A stretch of DNA of 64,000 nt from Bacillota bacterium (GCA_023436115.1 JAEZKQ010000031.1:164740-228739); one strand, 5' to 3'; numbered from the stretch's first letter, positions 41,454 through 50,982 are shown. Numbers and translations are program-made. The notes: generated by a model not told the origin, from the letters alone.

Positions 41454-42274
41454 TCGCTAAGCGCCGCCGTGTAGATTTCTTCTGCCGGCCCTGCCATGAT
41501 GACCCTGCCGTCTTCAAGAAGCTCGATAACCAGTCGTCCCGTAGTGAGATGCACCGTAGCCGTGGCATCAATAAGCCCCTTTTTATGCAGCGCCACCACG
41601 CTCGCGCAAGAGCCCGTACCGCAAGCCAGTGTAAAACCGGCGCCGCGTTCCCATGTCAGTATGCGTATATTACCTCTGTCCATTATCTGTACGAAGTTAA
41701 CGTTGATTTTTCTGGGGAATAAGCTGTGCTTTTCGATAGCAGGCCCCAAATCCACCGTATCAAGCCCTTCAATATCTTCCGTCAGAACCACAGCGTGGGG
41801 CACACCCATGAGCAATGCGGAAATTACAATCGTTTGACCTGCCGCTTCCAGTGGTACATCAAACGCACTGCCTTCGCCCGCCATGGGTATATTCTCGCGT
41901 TCAAATACCGGGCTGCCCATATCGACGCTCACATCAGCAACTTTTCCGTCTTCCACCACCAGGCGAGGACGAATCACGCCGGCCAATGTTTCCACGGCCA
42001 TATCTGTTTTTTTCACAATACCACGTTCATAGATATATTTAGCGAAACACCGTATGCCGTTTCCGCACATTTCGGCTTCGCTGCCGTCCGCATTGATGAT
42101 CCTCATTCGGATATCCGCTATTTGGGAGGGCATCACAATCATAATGCCGTCTGCGCCCACACTGAGCCGCCTTTGGCATAGTTTTGCAGCAAGCGCATTC
42201 CAGTCTCTTTCTTTTCCGTCGTCTTCAAATATCAAAAAATCGTTTCCGAGACCGTGCATCTTTGTAAATTCCAT
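41450..42274 (-). CDS. dapF: Diaminopimelate epimerase
   Basis: MHGLGNDF and the two catalytic Cys motifs MCGNG and ACGTGS. I chose ATG 42274 instead of the track start 42337. Confidence 0.92.
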   Translation of the reverse strand: MEFTKMHGLGNDFLIFEDDGKERDWNALAAKLCQRRLSVGADGIMIVMPSQIADIRMRIINADGSEAEMCGNGIRCFAKYIYERGIVKKTDMAVETLAGVIRPRLVVEDGKVADVSVDMGSPVFERENIPMAGEGSAFDVPLEAAGQTIVISALLMGVPHAVVLTEDIEGLDTVDLGPAIEKHSLFPRKINVNFVQIMDRGNIRILTWERGAGFTLACGTGSCASVVALHKKGLIDATATVHLTTGRLVIELLEDGRVIMAGPAEEIYTAALSE

Positions 42275-42426
42275 GTGAGCCTCCAAAGTCTTTGATACCA
42301 GTATTATACTTCTCGATGTTACAAGCCGCAACCTCATAGGAATAAAAAGCCTAAAAGCTATCAGCCCTATTTTCCCAGTTTTAAAATTGTGATATGATAA
42401 ATCATCATAACAGGAGAGTATATATT

Positions 42427-42942
42427 ATGGATATTACCATCCGCTGTATTGATCGCGACGATATTCCTATTGTCGCAAAGCTCGCAAACAACCCAGCCAT
42501 TGCACAGATGACAGCCAATCTGCCTTATCCCTATACAATCGATCATGCCACAACCTGGCTGGACTATGTAGAGCTGCATGAATGTGAACACGTTTTTGCG
42601 ATAGTCGGTGATGGTAACGTGATGGGTGTTATCGGGCTGGTGCACGAAGCCGAGCATGAGCGCGCTGAGCTGGGATATTGGCTTGGCCAGGCGTATTGGA
42701 ACCAAAACATCATGACCGCCGCAGCCGGCATGGCCATCGCTTATGCATTTTCCATGCTGCATGTACAAAAGATATATTCCCGCTGTTTCGCGCCCAATAT
42801 TGCTTCACAGCGTGTCCTCGAAAAAAACGGCTTTCAGCTGGAAGGATGCCTGCGTGAACATCATATCCGCATGGGCGTTGTTCAGGATGTCAACTGCTAT
42901 GGCCTGCTGCGCAGCGACTATGAAAACGGAAACTGTCAATAA
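42427..42942 (+). CDS. GNAT-family N-acetyltransferase (RimJ/RimL-like)
   Basis: Motifs AELGYWLGQAYWNQ and SQRVLEKNGF. ATG 42427 follows AGGAGAG. Confidence 0.8.
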   Translation: MDITIRCIDRDDIPIVAKLANNPAIAQMTANLPYPYTIDHATTWLDYVELHECEHVFAIVGDGNVMGVIGLVHEAEHERAELGYWLGQAYWNQNIMTAAAGMAIAYAFSMLHVQKIYSRCFAPNIASQRVLEKNGFQLEGCLREHHIRMGVVQDVNCYGLLRSDYENGNCQ

Positions 42943-42987
42943 ACAAAGCTAATAATTTAGCATCATTGCTAAACAGAAAGGACATGT

Positions 42988-44535
42988 ATGCAACGATTAT
43001 CGGCAAAACAGATTGCTGACAGTATTGAAAACGGCAAAACGCTGGCAGCCAACGGATTTATACAAGCCTGTGTGGCAGATGAGATCTGTGCCGCCATAGA
43101 ACAAAGATTTTTGGAAACGGGGGAGCCTAAAAATCTCACGATTATCAACGCAAGCAGCGTAGGCGATGGCTCGGTGCGCGGCTTTAACCGCCTTGCTCAC
43201 GAGGGACTCGTATCCCGTGTGATCGCGGGACACTGGAATCTGATGCCCAAGGTACAAAAGCTCGTCATCGAAGAGAAAGCCCAGGGCTATAATTTCCCAC
43301 AGGATGTGATATCCATGCTGATGCGCGATATCGCCGCTAAACGTCCCGGGCATATCACGCGCATCGGGTTGAATACCTTTGTTGACCCCCGATTGTCAGG
43401 CGGCAAGGTCAACAGCATCACCACAGAGGATCTCGTTTCGTTGATTGAGCTTGACGGACAAGAATATCTGTATTATCGCTGCTTTCCCATCGATTACGCA
43501 TTGCTGCGCGGTACCACATCTGATCTGCGCGGCAACATTTCCATGGAAAAAGAAGCGGTCTTCTGCGAAGCCACGGCCATGGCACAGGCGGCGCACAACT
43601 CAGGCGGCAAGGTATATGTTCAGGTGGAACGCTTAAGCGAACAGCGCCTGCATCCGCACAGTGTGAAAATACCCGGCATCTGTGTTGACGGCGTCGTGGT
43701 AGCAACTCATGACGAATCCCAAAGCCAATCGGCAATGCACTGTTATAACCCGGCCTATTCGGGCGAAACGCTGGCTTCACCCCATGCCCATAAATCGATG
43801 CTTCTTGACGAGCGCAAGATTATAGCCCGGCGCGCAGCGCTTGAGCTCGCCGCCGGGGCTGTGGTCAACTTAGGAATCGGCGTACCGGAGGGTGCCGCTT
43901 CCGTGGCTGCCGAAGAAGGCATTGCCGATTCATTCACGTTAACCGTGGAGGCGGGCCCTGTAGGCGGTTTGCCGTCAGGGGGACTGGATTTTGGCTGTGT
44001 GACCAATCCGGAAGCAGTTTTCGAACAGTATACACAGTTCGATTTCTATCAGGGCGGCGGTATCGACCTTGCATTTTTGGGGCTCGCGCAGGCTGACAGA
44101 TTCGGAAATATCAATGTGTCCAAATTCGGTCCGCGTATCGCAGGCTGCGGCGGGTTTATCGGTATTACACAATCGGCAAAAAAAGTGATATTTTGCGGCA
44201 CTTTTACAGCCAAGGGTTTAGAAGTTGACTGTAAAAACGGACAGCTTCACATAATAAGTGAAGGCAGTGTCCGTAAGTTTATCGAAGATGTGGAGCAAAT
44301 CACATTCAGCGCAAAAAATGCGCTGCATAACGGTCAGAAAGTACTCTATATTACTGAGCGTGCCGTTTTTTCACTGTCGGAAAAAGGCCTTATCCTTAAA
44401 GAAGTCGCGCCGGGTATCGATATCGAGAAAGATATATTGGCTCATATGAGCTTTGCACCCGTCATAGACAAAGTGTGTCCAATGGATGCGCGTATCTTTC
44501 GGGATGAAAGGATGAAACTTAATGAGAATGTATGA
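42988..44535 (+). CDS. Family-I acyl-CoA:carboxylate CoA-transferase (propionate CoA-transferase/YdiF-like)
   Basis: 515 aa, collinear with Pct-type enzymes. Catalytic Glu context TVEAGPVGG, plus FGPRIAGCGGFI. Confidence 0.8.
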   Translation: MQRLSAKQIADSIENGKTLAANGFIQACVADEICAAIEQRFLETGEPKNLTIINASSVGDGSVRGFNRLAHEGLVSRVIAGHWNLMPKVQKLVIEEKAQGYNFPQDVISMLMRDIAAKRPGHITRIGLNTFVDPRLSGGKVNSITTEDLVSLIELDGQEYLYYRCFPIDYALLRGTTSDLRGNISMEKEAVFCEATAMAQAAHNSGGKVYVQVERLSEQRLHPHSVKIPGICVDGVVVATHDESQSQSAMHCYNPAYSGETLASPHAHKSMLLDERKIIARRAALELAAGAVVNLGIGVPEGAASVAAEEGIADSFTLTVEAGPVGGLPSGGLDFGCVTNPEAVFEQYTQFDFYQGGGIDLAFLGLAQADRFGNINVSKFGPRIAGCGGFIGITQSAKKVIFCGTFTAKGLEVDCKNGQLHIISEGSVRKFIEDVEQITFSAKNALHNGQKVLYITERAVFSLSEKGLILKEVAPGIDIEKDILAHMSFAPVIDKVCPMDARIFRDERMKLNENV

Positions 44536-45820
44536 CATTATCGCCAAGAAGCGTGATGGGAGAAAGCTGTCACGCGAAGATATTGAATTCTTCATCAGCG
44601 GTTATGTTTCCGGTCAAATTCCCGACTATCAGGCTGCAGCTCTCATGATGGCCGCTTTTATCCGCGGTTTGGACGATGAAGAAACTGTCATTCTCACTCA
44701 GGCCATGGCCGCTTCAGGTGACATGGCCGATCTTTCTATACTGGGCAATGTGGCCGATAAGCATTCCACAGGCGGTGTGGCAGACACCACCACGCTTATC
44801 GTTGTGCCTCTTGTCTGTGCCTGCGGACTAAAAGTGGCCAAAATGTCCGGACGTGGGCTCGGACATACAGGCGGAACGCTAGATAAGCTGGAATCCATAC
44901 CCGGTATGAATATATCCCTCAGCATGGATGCCTTTTTATCACAGGTACAGCGTTTCGGCGCGGCGGTCATGGGTCAAACGCTCTCTCTTTGCCCGGCGGA
45001 CAAAATGCTTTACGCGCTGCGCGATGTGACGGCCACTGTGGAGAGCATACCGCTTATTGCCAGCAGTATCATGAGCAAAAAACTGGCCTCGGGAGCCCAA
45101 ATCATTATGCTCGATGTAAAAACAGGAAACGGCGCTTTTATGACAGACAAGAACGATGCGCTGAAGCTGGCGCAGACAATGGTGCATATCGGGCAAAGCG
45201 CAGGGCGAAAAACTGCCGCCATCATCAGTGATATGAGCCAACCGCTGGGAACGGCTGTCGGAAACGCGCTCGAGGTGATTGAGGCGATTGAGGTGCTAAG
45301 CGGGCATGTCGGCGGCGACCTTCTTACCGTATCTATGGCGCTGGCGGCGCACATGTTGTGTTTGGCCGGAGCCGTACCGGACGAAACGGCGGCCGATTCT
45401 ATGCTGCATGATGCGCTCACCTCCGGACGCGCACTTAGCAAGCTATCTGAAATCATTTCCGCGCAGGGCGGAGACTCCCGCGTCGTTAAAGATACTTCTC
45501 TTATGCCGCGGGCTCATATCATTGAAACAGTTTATGCAAGAAAGAAAGGTGTATTGAGCGCCGTCAACTGCCGGGGGCTTGGACAAGCAGCCGGATTGCT
45601 CGGCGCTGGCCGCGCCAAAAAGGAAGATGTCATAGACCCAGCCGTTGGCTTTATCGTCAAAAAACGTATCGGCCAGCATGTGGAGGTCGGCGACGCGCTT
45701 ATCGAAATACATGCTAATGATGAGAAACGTCTAGAGTCCGCATTGTGTATGCTTGACGGTTGTCTCACTGTCTCAGACGAAGCAAAGCCATTTACGTTAA
45801 TTGTTGATACTGTGCGATAA
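44522..45820 (+). CDS. pdp: Pyrimidine-nucleoside phosphorylase
   Basis: N-terminus MRMYDIIAKKRDG, motifs DKHSTGGV and SGRGLGHTGGT. It overlaps the preceding gene by 14 nt. Confidence 0.92.
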   Translation: MRMYDIIAKKRDGRKLSREDIEFFISGYVSGQIPDYQAAALMMAAFIRGLDDEETVILTQAMAASGDMADLSILGNVADKHSTGGVADTTTLIVVPLVCACGLKVAKMSGRGLGHTGGTLDKLESIPGMNISLSMDAFLSQVQRFGAAVMGQTLSLCPADKMLYALRDVTATVESIPLIASSIMSKKLASGAQIIMLDVKTGNGAFMTDKNDALKLAQTMVHIGQSAGRKTAAIISDMSQPLGTAVGNALEVIEAIEVLSGHVGGDLLTVSMALAAHMLCLAGAVPDETAADSMLHDALTSGRALSKLSEIISAQGGDSRVVKDTSLMPRAHIIETVYARKKGVLSAVNCRGLGQAAGLLGAGRAKKEDVIDPAVGFIVKKRIGQHVEVGDALIEIHANDEKRLESALCMLDGCLTVSDEAKPFTLIVDTVR

Positions 45821-45821
45821 A

Positions 45822-46069
45822 TGTGTATAACCTGTGGATAGTGTGTATAACTATGTGAAATCTCGGGTATATCTTCGGTGATAAAGCGAGTAAAACGTCT
45901 GGTTTGTGAAGTTTATTTTGAAAAACGCTGTAAATCGCTAAAATACGCACCTTGATTTAATATAACCGTAATATTTCCGTAATAATCTTCTCAAATTGTT
46001 CATTTTCACCTCTGGCAAGCATTAAGTGAAATTGTCTTTATACACATGTTCTATTATAATTGTGGATAT
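45822..46069. other. Orphan cluster of five DnaA-box-like 9-mers
   Basis: TGTGTATAA 45822-45830, TGTGGATAG 45833-45841, TGTGTATAA 45842-45850, TTATACACA 46038-46046 and TGTGGATAT 46061-46069. Each is one mismatch from TTATCCACA or its complement. Confidence 0.6.
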
Positions 46070-47297
46070 GATAAGGGCAACGATACGTCAACTCAACAAA
46101 GTTTTGGCGCTGCTGATGGTATTGGCAGTGCTGTTTTTGATGTTCTTCCCTGTCTTGGCACTGGCCGCAGAGCGTTATGAGATACTTAAGCTCGGCGATA
46201 AAGATGATTATGTTTTGACTATTCAAAATAAACTCAAAGATCTGGGTTACTTCTCCCAAAAAACCACAGGTTATTATGGAACGGTTACTCAGCAGGCCGT
46301 CATGGATTACCAGACCGCAAATGATCTGGTTGTCGACGGTAAAGCAGGCCCACTGACGCTTAAATCGATTATGGGCGATGATTTCAAAATTTCTCCCGAT
46401 CGGATCGTATCCACAAATCAACGCGACCGCGATGCCGACTATCCGGGGCCGGGCGATAAAGGTGAGGCAGTATCTCAAATACAACAGCGTCTTAAAAACC
46501 TGGGGTATTATCATTATTCGACCATTACTGGATATTACGGCCCAGTCACGCAAAAAGCCGTGATGCGGTTTCAAACAAATAACGGCATTACCGTTGACGG
46601 CATTGCCGGCCCCGAGACAATGAACCTGTTAAGCTCCGAGAAGGCGAAATCTTTCTGTCTCTATCCCGGCGACAGAGGCAGCGATGTCTCCATGCTGCAA
46701 GAATACCTAAAAAAACTCGGTTACTTTGAAGGAAAAGTAACCGGTTACTTTGGCACCGTAACCATTCATGCACTTAAAGAATTTCAGGCGCAAAACGGAC
46801 TGTCCGTCGATGCCATTGCCGGCCAGAATACACGAGACCTGTTATTCTCACAAAAGGCACCCGCATGGGACGGAAAAGACAGAGTTGCGGGTGAAAGCGC
46901 TTCATCAAAGTCTTCGGCGACGACGGAGGATATGATATCATTTGCCAGCAAGCAATTGGGAAAACCTTATGTCTATGCGACTGAAGGCCCCAGCTCATTT
47001 GATTGCTCCGGCTTTATCTATTACGTGCTTAAGTATATGGGCGTGCGCACAACGCGTTACAGTGCCGACGGTTTTTCCAAAGTTGAAAGCTGGGTAAAAA
47101 TTACCGATCGGGGTGCGTTGGTTCCGGGTGATATACTTTTTTTCACTTCTGACGGTGGTTCGCGTATCAATCATACAGGGATTTATATCGGCAATAATCA
47201 ATTTATCCATGCCAGTTCCAGCAGCGCTTGTGTGCGTATCAGCACGCTCACAGAATATTACGACCGGAATTTCTCCCTTGCCCGCCGAATCTTCTGA
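46068..47297 (+). CDS. Secreted peptidoglycan hydrolase: three PG_binding_1 repeats + C-terminal NlpC/P60 (C40) domain
   Basis: Three GYY..VDG..GP.T repeats. C40 catalytic Cys in GPSSFDCSGF and His in INHTGIY. The start is ATG 46068 or GTG 46026. Confidence 0.8.
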   Translation: MIRATIRQLNKVLALLMVLAVLFLMFFPVLALAAERYEILKLGDKDDYVLTIQNKLKDLGYFSQKTTGYYGTVTQQAVMDYQTANDLVVDGKAGPLTLKSIMGDDFKISPDRIVSTNQRDRDADYPGPGDKGEAVSQIQQRLKNLGYYHYSTITGYYGPVTQKAVMRFQTNNGITVDGIAGPETMNLLSSEKAKSFCLYPGDRGSDVSMLQEYLKKLGYFEGKVTGYFGTVTIHALKEFQAQNGLSVDAIAGQNTRDLLFSQKAPAWDGKDRVAGESASSKSSATTEDMISFASKQLGKPYVYATEGPSSFDCSGFIYYVLKYMGVRTTRYSADGFSKVESWVKITDRGALVPGDILFFTSDGGSRINHTGIYIGNNQFIHASSSSACVRISTLTEYYDRNFSLARRIF

Positions 47298-47326
47298 TTT
47301 TTCTTGCCTTGAACTAGCGGTAATCC

Positions 47327-47374
47327 AAAAAGCGTAAGCGTTACATCCCTTAAAATGCACCACTTACGCTTTTA
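47327..47374. terminator. Bidirectional terminator between convergent genes
   Basis: AAAAGCGTAAG ... CTTACGCTTTT, an 11-bp stem flanked by A and T runs. Confidence 0.6.
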
Positions 47375-47390
47375 TATCAAAGACAAGTCT

Positions 47391-48365
47391 TTAATCTTCC
47401 TCAGCGCCCACCAATTCAGAATATCCAAACATCAGTGCGTCCGGTACGGGGCGCTGTCCGAGAAGCGAACCCTTGTACTCGTTAATATGCTCGCCCATAA
47501 ATGCCATCGTCGCCGATTGTCCGCCGTCAAGATTGTATGCCACTTCACAGTCGTATGAGTCGAAAAGCTCAGCCAGCTCTTCAAACGTCATGCCTTCGCT
47601 TCTTCTGCTTCGGCCTTCCACCAGTACCAGAATAAAGTGATAGGGCTCTATCATACCCACAGCATTACGGGGTTTTCTGTCGGATATTCTATAATCCATC
47701 AAACCGGACTGTATGATACCGTCTTTGATAAGCGTGGGGCCGAATGAGAACGCATTTTGCACACCATCCGCAAGCAACTGATCTGCTGTTTTTTCTCCCG
47801 GTGAGATAGCTCTCATTGTGCCATCCGGGTAAAACGCCAGCGTATCGTTTTCATCGTCATCCACAAAAACAATACCGTCGCGGATAATGACACCTTTGGG
47901 GTCTTCGGGATGGTGATCGAGGAAATCTCCGTTCACCGCAATGACCGCCTTGTAATGTTGGGCAATCTTAAATAATTCAATAGACTTACCGCCCGGACGT
48001 TCTGGCCTGGAAAAACCGCCACGATCCTTTTCCATATCTTTCATACGAACTTCAGCAACAAGATATGTTTGAGGAATGTCATTTGTGTAGCGATTCACCT
48101 CCACATACAGAGAAGGAGAACGGTACAGCCAGTGGCCGTTGTCAATGTCGGCCATCACCTCTTCCTTTTCAGTAAAATATGGATCAGGTGTCGGCGACGG
48201 CGTCGGTTCAGGCGTCGGTGTGGGCAACAGTGTCGGTTCGGGAGTCGGCGTCGGTGTCTCCGAGGCCGTGGGCGTTTGTGTGCTGACAACAACCTCCGGT
48301 GTGGCGGCGCACCCGGCTAACAGAAAAACGGCAAGAATTAATAATACAAGTGTCTTCTGATACAT
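47391..48365 (-). CDS. Lipoprotein with phosphodiester-glycosidase (DUF2233/NAGPA-like) domain
   Basis: Lipobox LLAGC, Thr/Pro linker, and the motifs AVIAVNGDF and YNLDGGQSATM. Confidence 0.7.
   Translation of the reverse strand: MYQKTLVLLILAVFLLAGCAATPEVVVSTQTPTASETPTPTPEPTLLPTPTPEPTPSPTPDPYFTEKEEVMADIDNGHWLYRSPSLYVEVNRYTNDIPQTYLVAEVRMKDMEKDRGGFSRPERPGGKSIELFKIAQHYKAVIAVNGDFLDHHPEDPKGVIIRDGIVFVDDDENDTLAFYPDGTMRAISPGEKTADQLLADGVQNAFSFGPTLIKDGIIQSGLMDYRISDRKPRNAVGMIEPYHFILVLVEGRSRRSEGMTFEELAELFDSYDCEVAYNLDGGQSATMAFMGEHINEYKGSLLGQRPVPDALMFGYSELVGAEED
48180..48281 (-). repeat. Low-complexity Thr/Pro-coding tract inside the lipoprotein gene
   Basis: Encodes TQTPTASETPTPTPEPTLLPTPTPEPTPSPTPDP. 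At the DNA level it is made of repeated GGCGTCGG/GGTGTCGG units. Confidence 0.8.
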
Positions 48366-48512
48366 ACTGTTTTAACTCCATTTATGATAAAGTTTTTTCC
48401 TTTTATGTGCATATAGAACACATTAGAGGGGTCGTCCCTTTTTGTCAATTGTTTTATAGTGCGTAAACAAAAGTCACTTGATTTTTATTTAACCTGCTGA
48501 CCTTAGAGCATG

Positions 48513-48540
48513 ACATAAAAAAGATGCTGCACAGCATCTT
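48513..48540 (-). terminator. Intrinsic terminator after the zinc-ribbon gene
   Basis: Minus strand: AAGATGCT-GTGC-AGCATCTT followed by T5. Confidence 0.6.
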
Positions 48541-48568
48541 CATCAGAATAGATATCCGTTTGTTCTTA

Positions 48569-49048
48569 TCACTTTAGTATATCAATAGGCTTCTGACGAT
48601 AAAAGTATTTACCGTCAAATTCGAGTATTGCGTCGTAAAGATAAAAAGTACTCTCGCCGTTATCTTTTTTGTAAATTTCACCTTCAATATACCCCGGTTC
48701 TTCGTATTCAATCGCATACATAAAATGTTCTCTTTGCGCCTCGCTTGACTGATCCATCACTGCCATACCTTTACCGTTTTTAAGCATAATCAGTTCCATA
48801 CCATTTTTAGCATACCATCTGCCGGCCACAAGGTTTGTGGGAAGTATCAAGATTAATAACAGCACAGCCAGCGTAAGGGCGAAGACTGAGATTATCATTG
48901 CCATCCACTTTTTTGGTCTTTGCGGATATTTTTTATGCAATTCACCGGGAGGCATATTCGTCAACAGCGGCTGCCCACACTTTATACAAAATTGCGAATT
49001 ATCATTGTTTTTGTGTCCGCATTTGATACAATACATAAACGACTCCAT
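48569..49048 (-). CDS. Zinc-ribbon membrane protein, function unknown
   Basis: CIKCG..(9)..CIKCG zinc ribbon, one TM, and a small ectodomain. 159 aa, or 155 aa if translation starts at MYCIKCG. Confidence 0.65.
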   Translation of the reverse strand: MESFMYCIKCGHKNNDNSQFCIKCGQPLLTNMPPGELHKKYPQRPKKWMAMIISVFALTLAVLLLILILPTNLVAGRWYAKNGMELIMLKNGKGMAVMDQSSEAQREHFMYAIEYEEPGYIEGEIYKKDNGESTFYLYDAILEFDGKYFYRQKPIDILK

Positions 49049-49262
49049 ATTTGTGATGTTTCTTTATCACAGTCTCATTTAACATATATCCTGTTATCTA
49101 TTTAGAGTATTTATCATCATACTCTTCAGAATAACATGTTTTATAATTGATATGATAAATGCAGGTTAAATATTGACAATGGCACATCATTTTTTCAAAC
49201 TTTGCTTATTGAGACCTCGTGGCGATTGTGATAGAATATAGTTTGCATCATATAGGATAGAT

Positions 49263-49294
49263 TTATCCACAATTGTGGATAGGTTTGTGGATGA
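49263..49294. other. oriC left part: three DnaA boxes upstream of dnaA
   Basis: Perfect TTATCCACA at 49263-49271. TGTGGATAG at 49274-49282. TGTGGATGA at 49286-49294. AT-rich flanks. Confidence 0.8.
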
Positions 49295-49364
49295 ATAGAA
49301 CATACTATTGTCTTTTTATTAATTATAACGTTGCAGCGTTCTGTGATATTAAAATAACCGAGGT

Positions 49365-50744
49365 ATGCTGGTGGACACATTTTTACTCATATGGGAAAAA
49401 GCGTTAGAAATACTTAAACAGGAGCTAGCAAGCGTTCGCTACGATACGTGGATTAAAACGCTTTCTCCTGTTAAAAATGTGGATTCAGCATTCTATTTTC
49501 AGACACTTAATCCAATACACAAAGAACTCGTAGAAAAAAGCTATAAAAACTTGATTGTCAGCGCAATGAACGACGCAGCCGATGCGTTCGATTATGGGCT
49601 GGAAATCGACGTATTTTTTTTAGATACAGAAGAGGCTTCTCGTTTAAGACAGCCCGTTATCAGCCATAACGAAAATGCAGCCTCTAATGAAGGCGCAAAT
49701 GCCACGCGAACCACGCTCAATCCCTACTTTACTTTTGATACCTTCGTGGTAGGCAGTTCCAATGAGTTTGCGCATGCTGCGGCCCGCGCGGTTGCGGAAA
49801 ACCCCGGCTTTACATACAACCCTCTTTTTATATACGGTAAAACAGGTCTTGGTAAAACACACCTGATGCAGGCTATCGCAAACTATATTACTCAGCGTGA
49901 TAGTAACGCGACTGTGATGTTTGTGAAAAGTGAGCCGTTTCTAAATGACTTGATAAACGCCATCCGGACATCGAAAACCGAGGAATTCCGTAAGCGTTAC
50001 CGTAAGGCCGATGTACTCCTAATTGACGATATTCAGTTTATAGCAGGAAAAGAAAGTACACAGGAAGAATTTTTCCATACATTCAACGATCTGCATGAAA
50101 ATAATAAACAAATTATTCTTTCGTCGGATAAACCCCCAAAGGAAATTGCACGCCTTGAGGAACGTCTTCAATCACGTTTTGAGGGAGGACTCATTGCAGA
50201 TATACAACCGCCAAACTATGAAACCAAGTTGGCGATTCTCATGAAAAAGGCAAAGGATATCACGTCTAAAGGTTCACTTAAATGTGAGGTCAGCAACGAA
50301 ATACTTGATTTGATTGCAACAAAGGTATCTTCCAACATTCGTTCTTTAGAAGGTGCTTTAAAAAAGATCATCGCGTATACTGTACTGAACGGAAGAACAC
50401 CGAATCTCGTGGAGGCTGAAATAGCAATACGTGATTTTCTGACCACAAATACAAAGAAAATATCTTCTAAGCTCATACTTCAAACGGTTTGTGAGTATTA
50501 TGATATTTCCGAAGATGAGATCACAAGCAATAAAAAGAACCAAAGCGTGGCTTATCCAAGGCAGGTCGCCATGTATCTCACGCGCAGACTCATGGATTTA
50601 TCATATAAAGCGATTGCGGAGATTTACGGGAAGAATGATCACACTACGGTCAAACATGCCTATGAGAAAATAGAAAGGGAAATTCAAACGAACATCGAAA
50701 CAAAAACGCTTGTGGATGATTTCGTCACGAAGCTGAAAGAATAG
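49365..50744 (+). CDS. dnaA: Chromosomal replication initiator DnaA
   Basis: Walker A GKTGLGKTHL, box VII/VIII region, C-terminal DNA-binding motifs AYPRQVAMYLTR and DHTTVKHA. GTG 49371 is an alternative start. Confidence 0.95.
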   Translation: MLVDTFLLIWEKALEILKQELASVRYDTWIKTLSPVKNVDSAFYFQTLNPIHKELVEKSYKNLIVSAMNDAADAFDYGLEIDVFFLDTEEASRLRQPVISHNENAASNEGANATRTTLNPYFTFDTFVVGSSNEFAHAAARAVAENPGFTYNPLFIYGKTGLGKTHLMQAIANYITQRDSNATVMFVKSEPFLNDLINAIRTSKTEEFRKRYRKADVLLIDDIQFIAGKESTQEEFFHTFNDLHENNKQIILSSDKPPKEIARLEERLQSRFEGGLIADIQPPNYETKLAILMKKAKDITSKGSLKCEVSNEILDLIATKVSSNIRSLEGALKKIIAYTVLNGRTPNLVEAEIAIRDFLTTNTKKISSKLILQTVCEYYDISEDEITSNKKNQSVAYPRQVAMYLTRRLMDLSYKAIAEIYGKNDHTTVKHAYEKIEREIQTNIETKTLVDDFVTKLKE

Positions 50745-50945
50745 GTGGATAGAATGTTTATACTTTTTATTTGACGTTTTATTAAAGAAACTTTTATCCC
50801 TATTCCATTAACGATTCTTACACCCAAAATACCAACCTACAAAAAGGATTAAGACGGACTTTTATGAGATGATATGGGCATAAACAGGATATCCACATTA
50901 TCAACATGCACTACTGCTACTAATACTATTTAATTAACAAATGGA
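50711..50945. other. oriC right part (dnaA-dnaN spacer): DnaA boxes, DnaA-trio-like repeats, AT-rich tract
   Basis: TGTGGATGA 50711-50719. GGTGGATAG 50744-50752. ATATCCACA 50889-50897 abutting TTATCAACA 50898-50906. Then TGCA, CTA CTG CTA CTA ATA CTA (50911-50928) and TTTAATTAACAAAT. Confidence 0.65.
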
Positions 50946-50982
50946 ACCGTCTTAGTGCTAATAATCAAAATAAGGAGTTCAT

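Noticed and set aside
45938-46003. 21-codon minus-strand mini-ORF (MNNLRRLLRKYYGYIKSRCVF) inside the orphan DnaA-box region
   Set aside because: It has a GAGGTG-like SD, but the spacing is very short and nothing else supports it. It cannot be told apart from chance in AT-rich DNA.
45851-46030. ydaO/c-di-AMP-type riboswitch upstream of the NlpC/P60 gene
   Set aside because: Such leaders often precede cell-wall hydrolases. However, none of the conserved ydaO blocks and no pseudo-twofold helices are visible.
49227-49235. Additional DnaA box TGTGATAGA
   Set aside because: The reverse complement TCTATCACA aligns poorly to TTATCCACA (several mismatches, or a 1-nt deletion).
49195-49380. 61-aa minus-strand ORF across the dnaA upstream region
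   Set aside because: It runs through the DnaA-box triplet and the AT-rich origin DNA, and has no SD.
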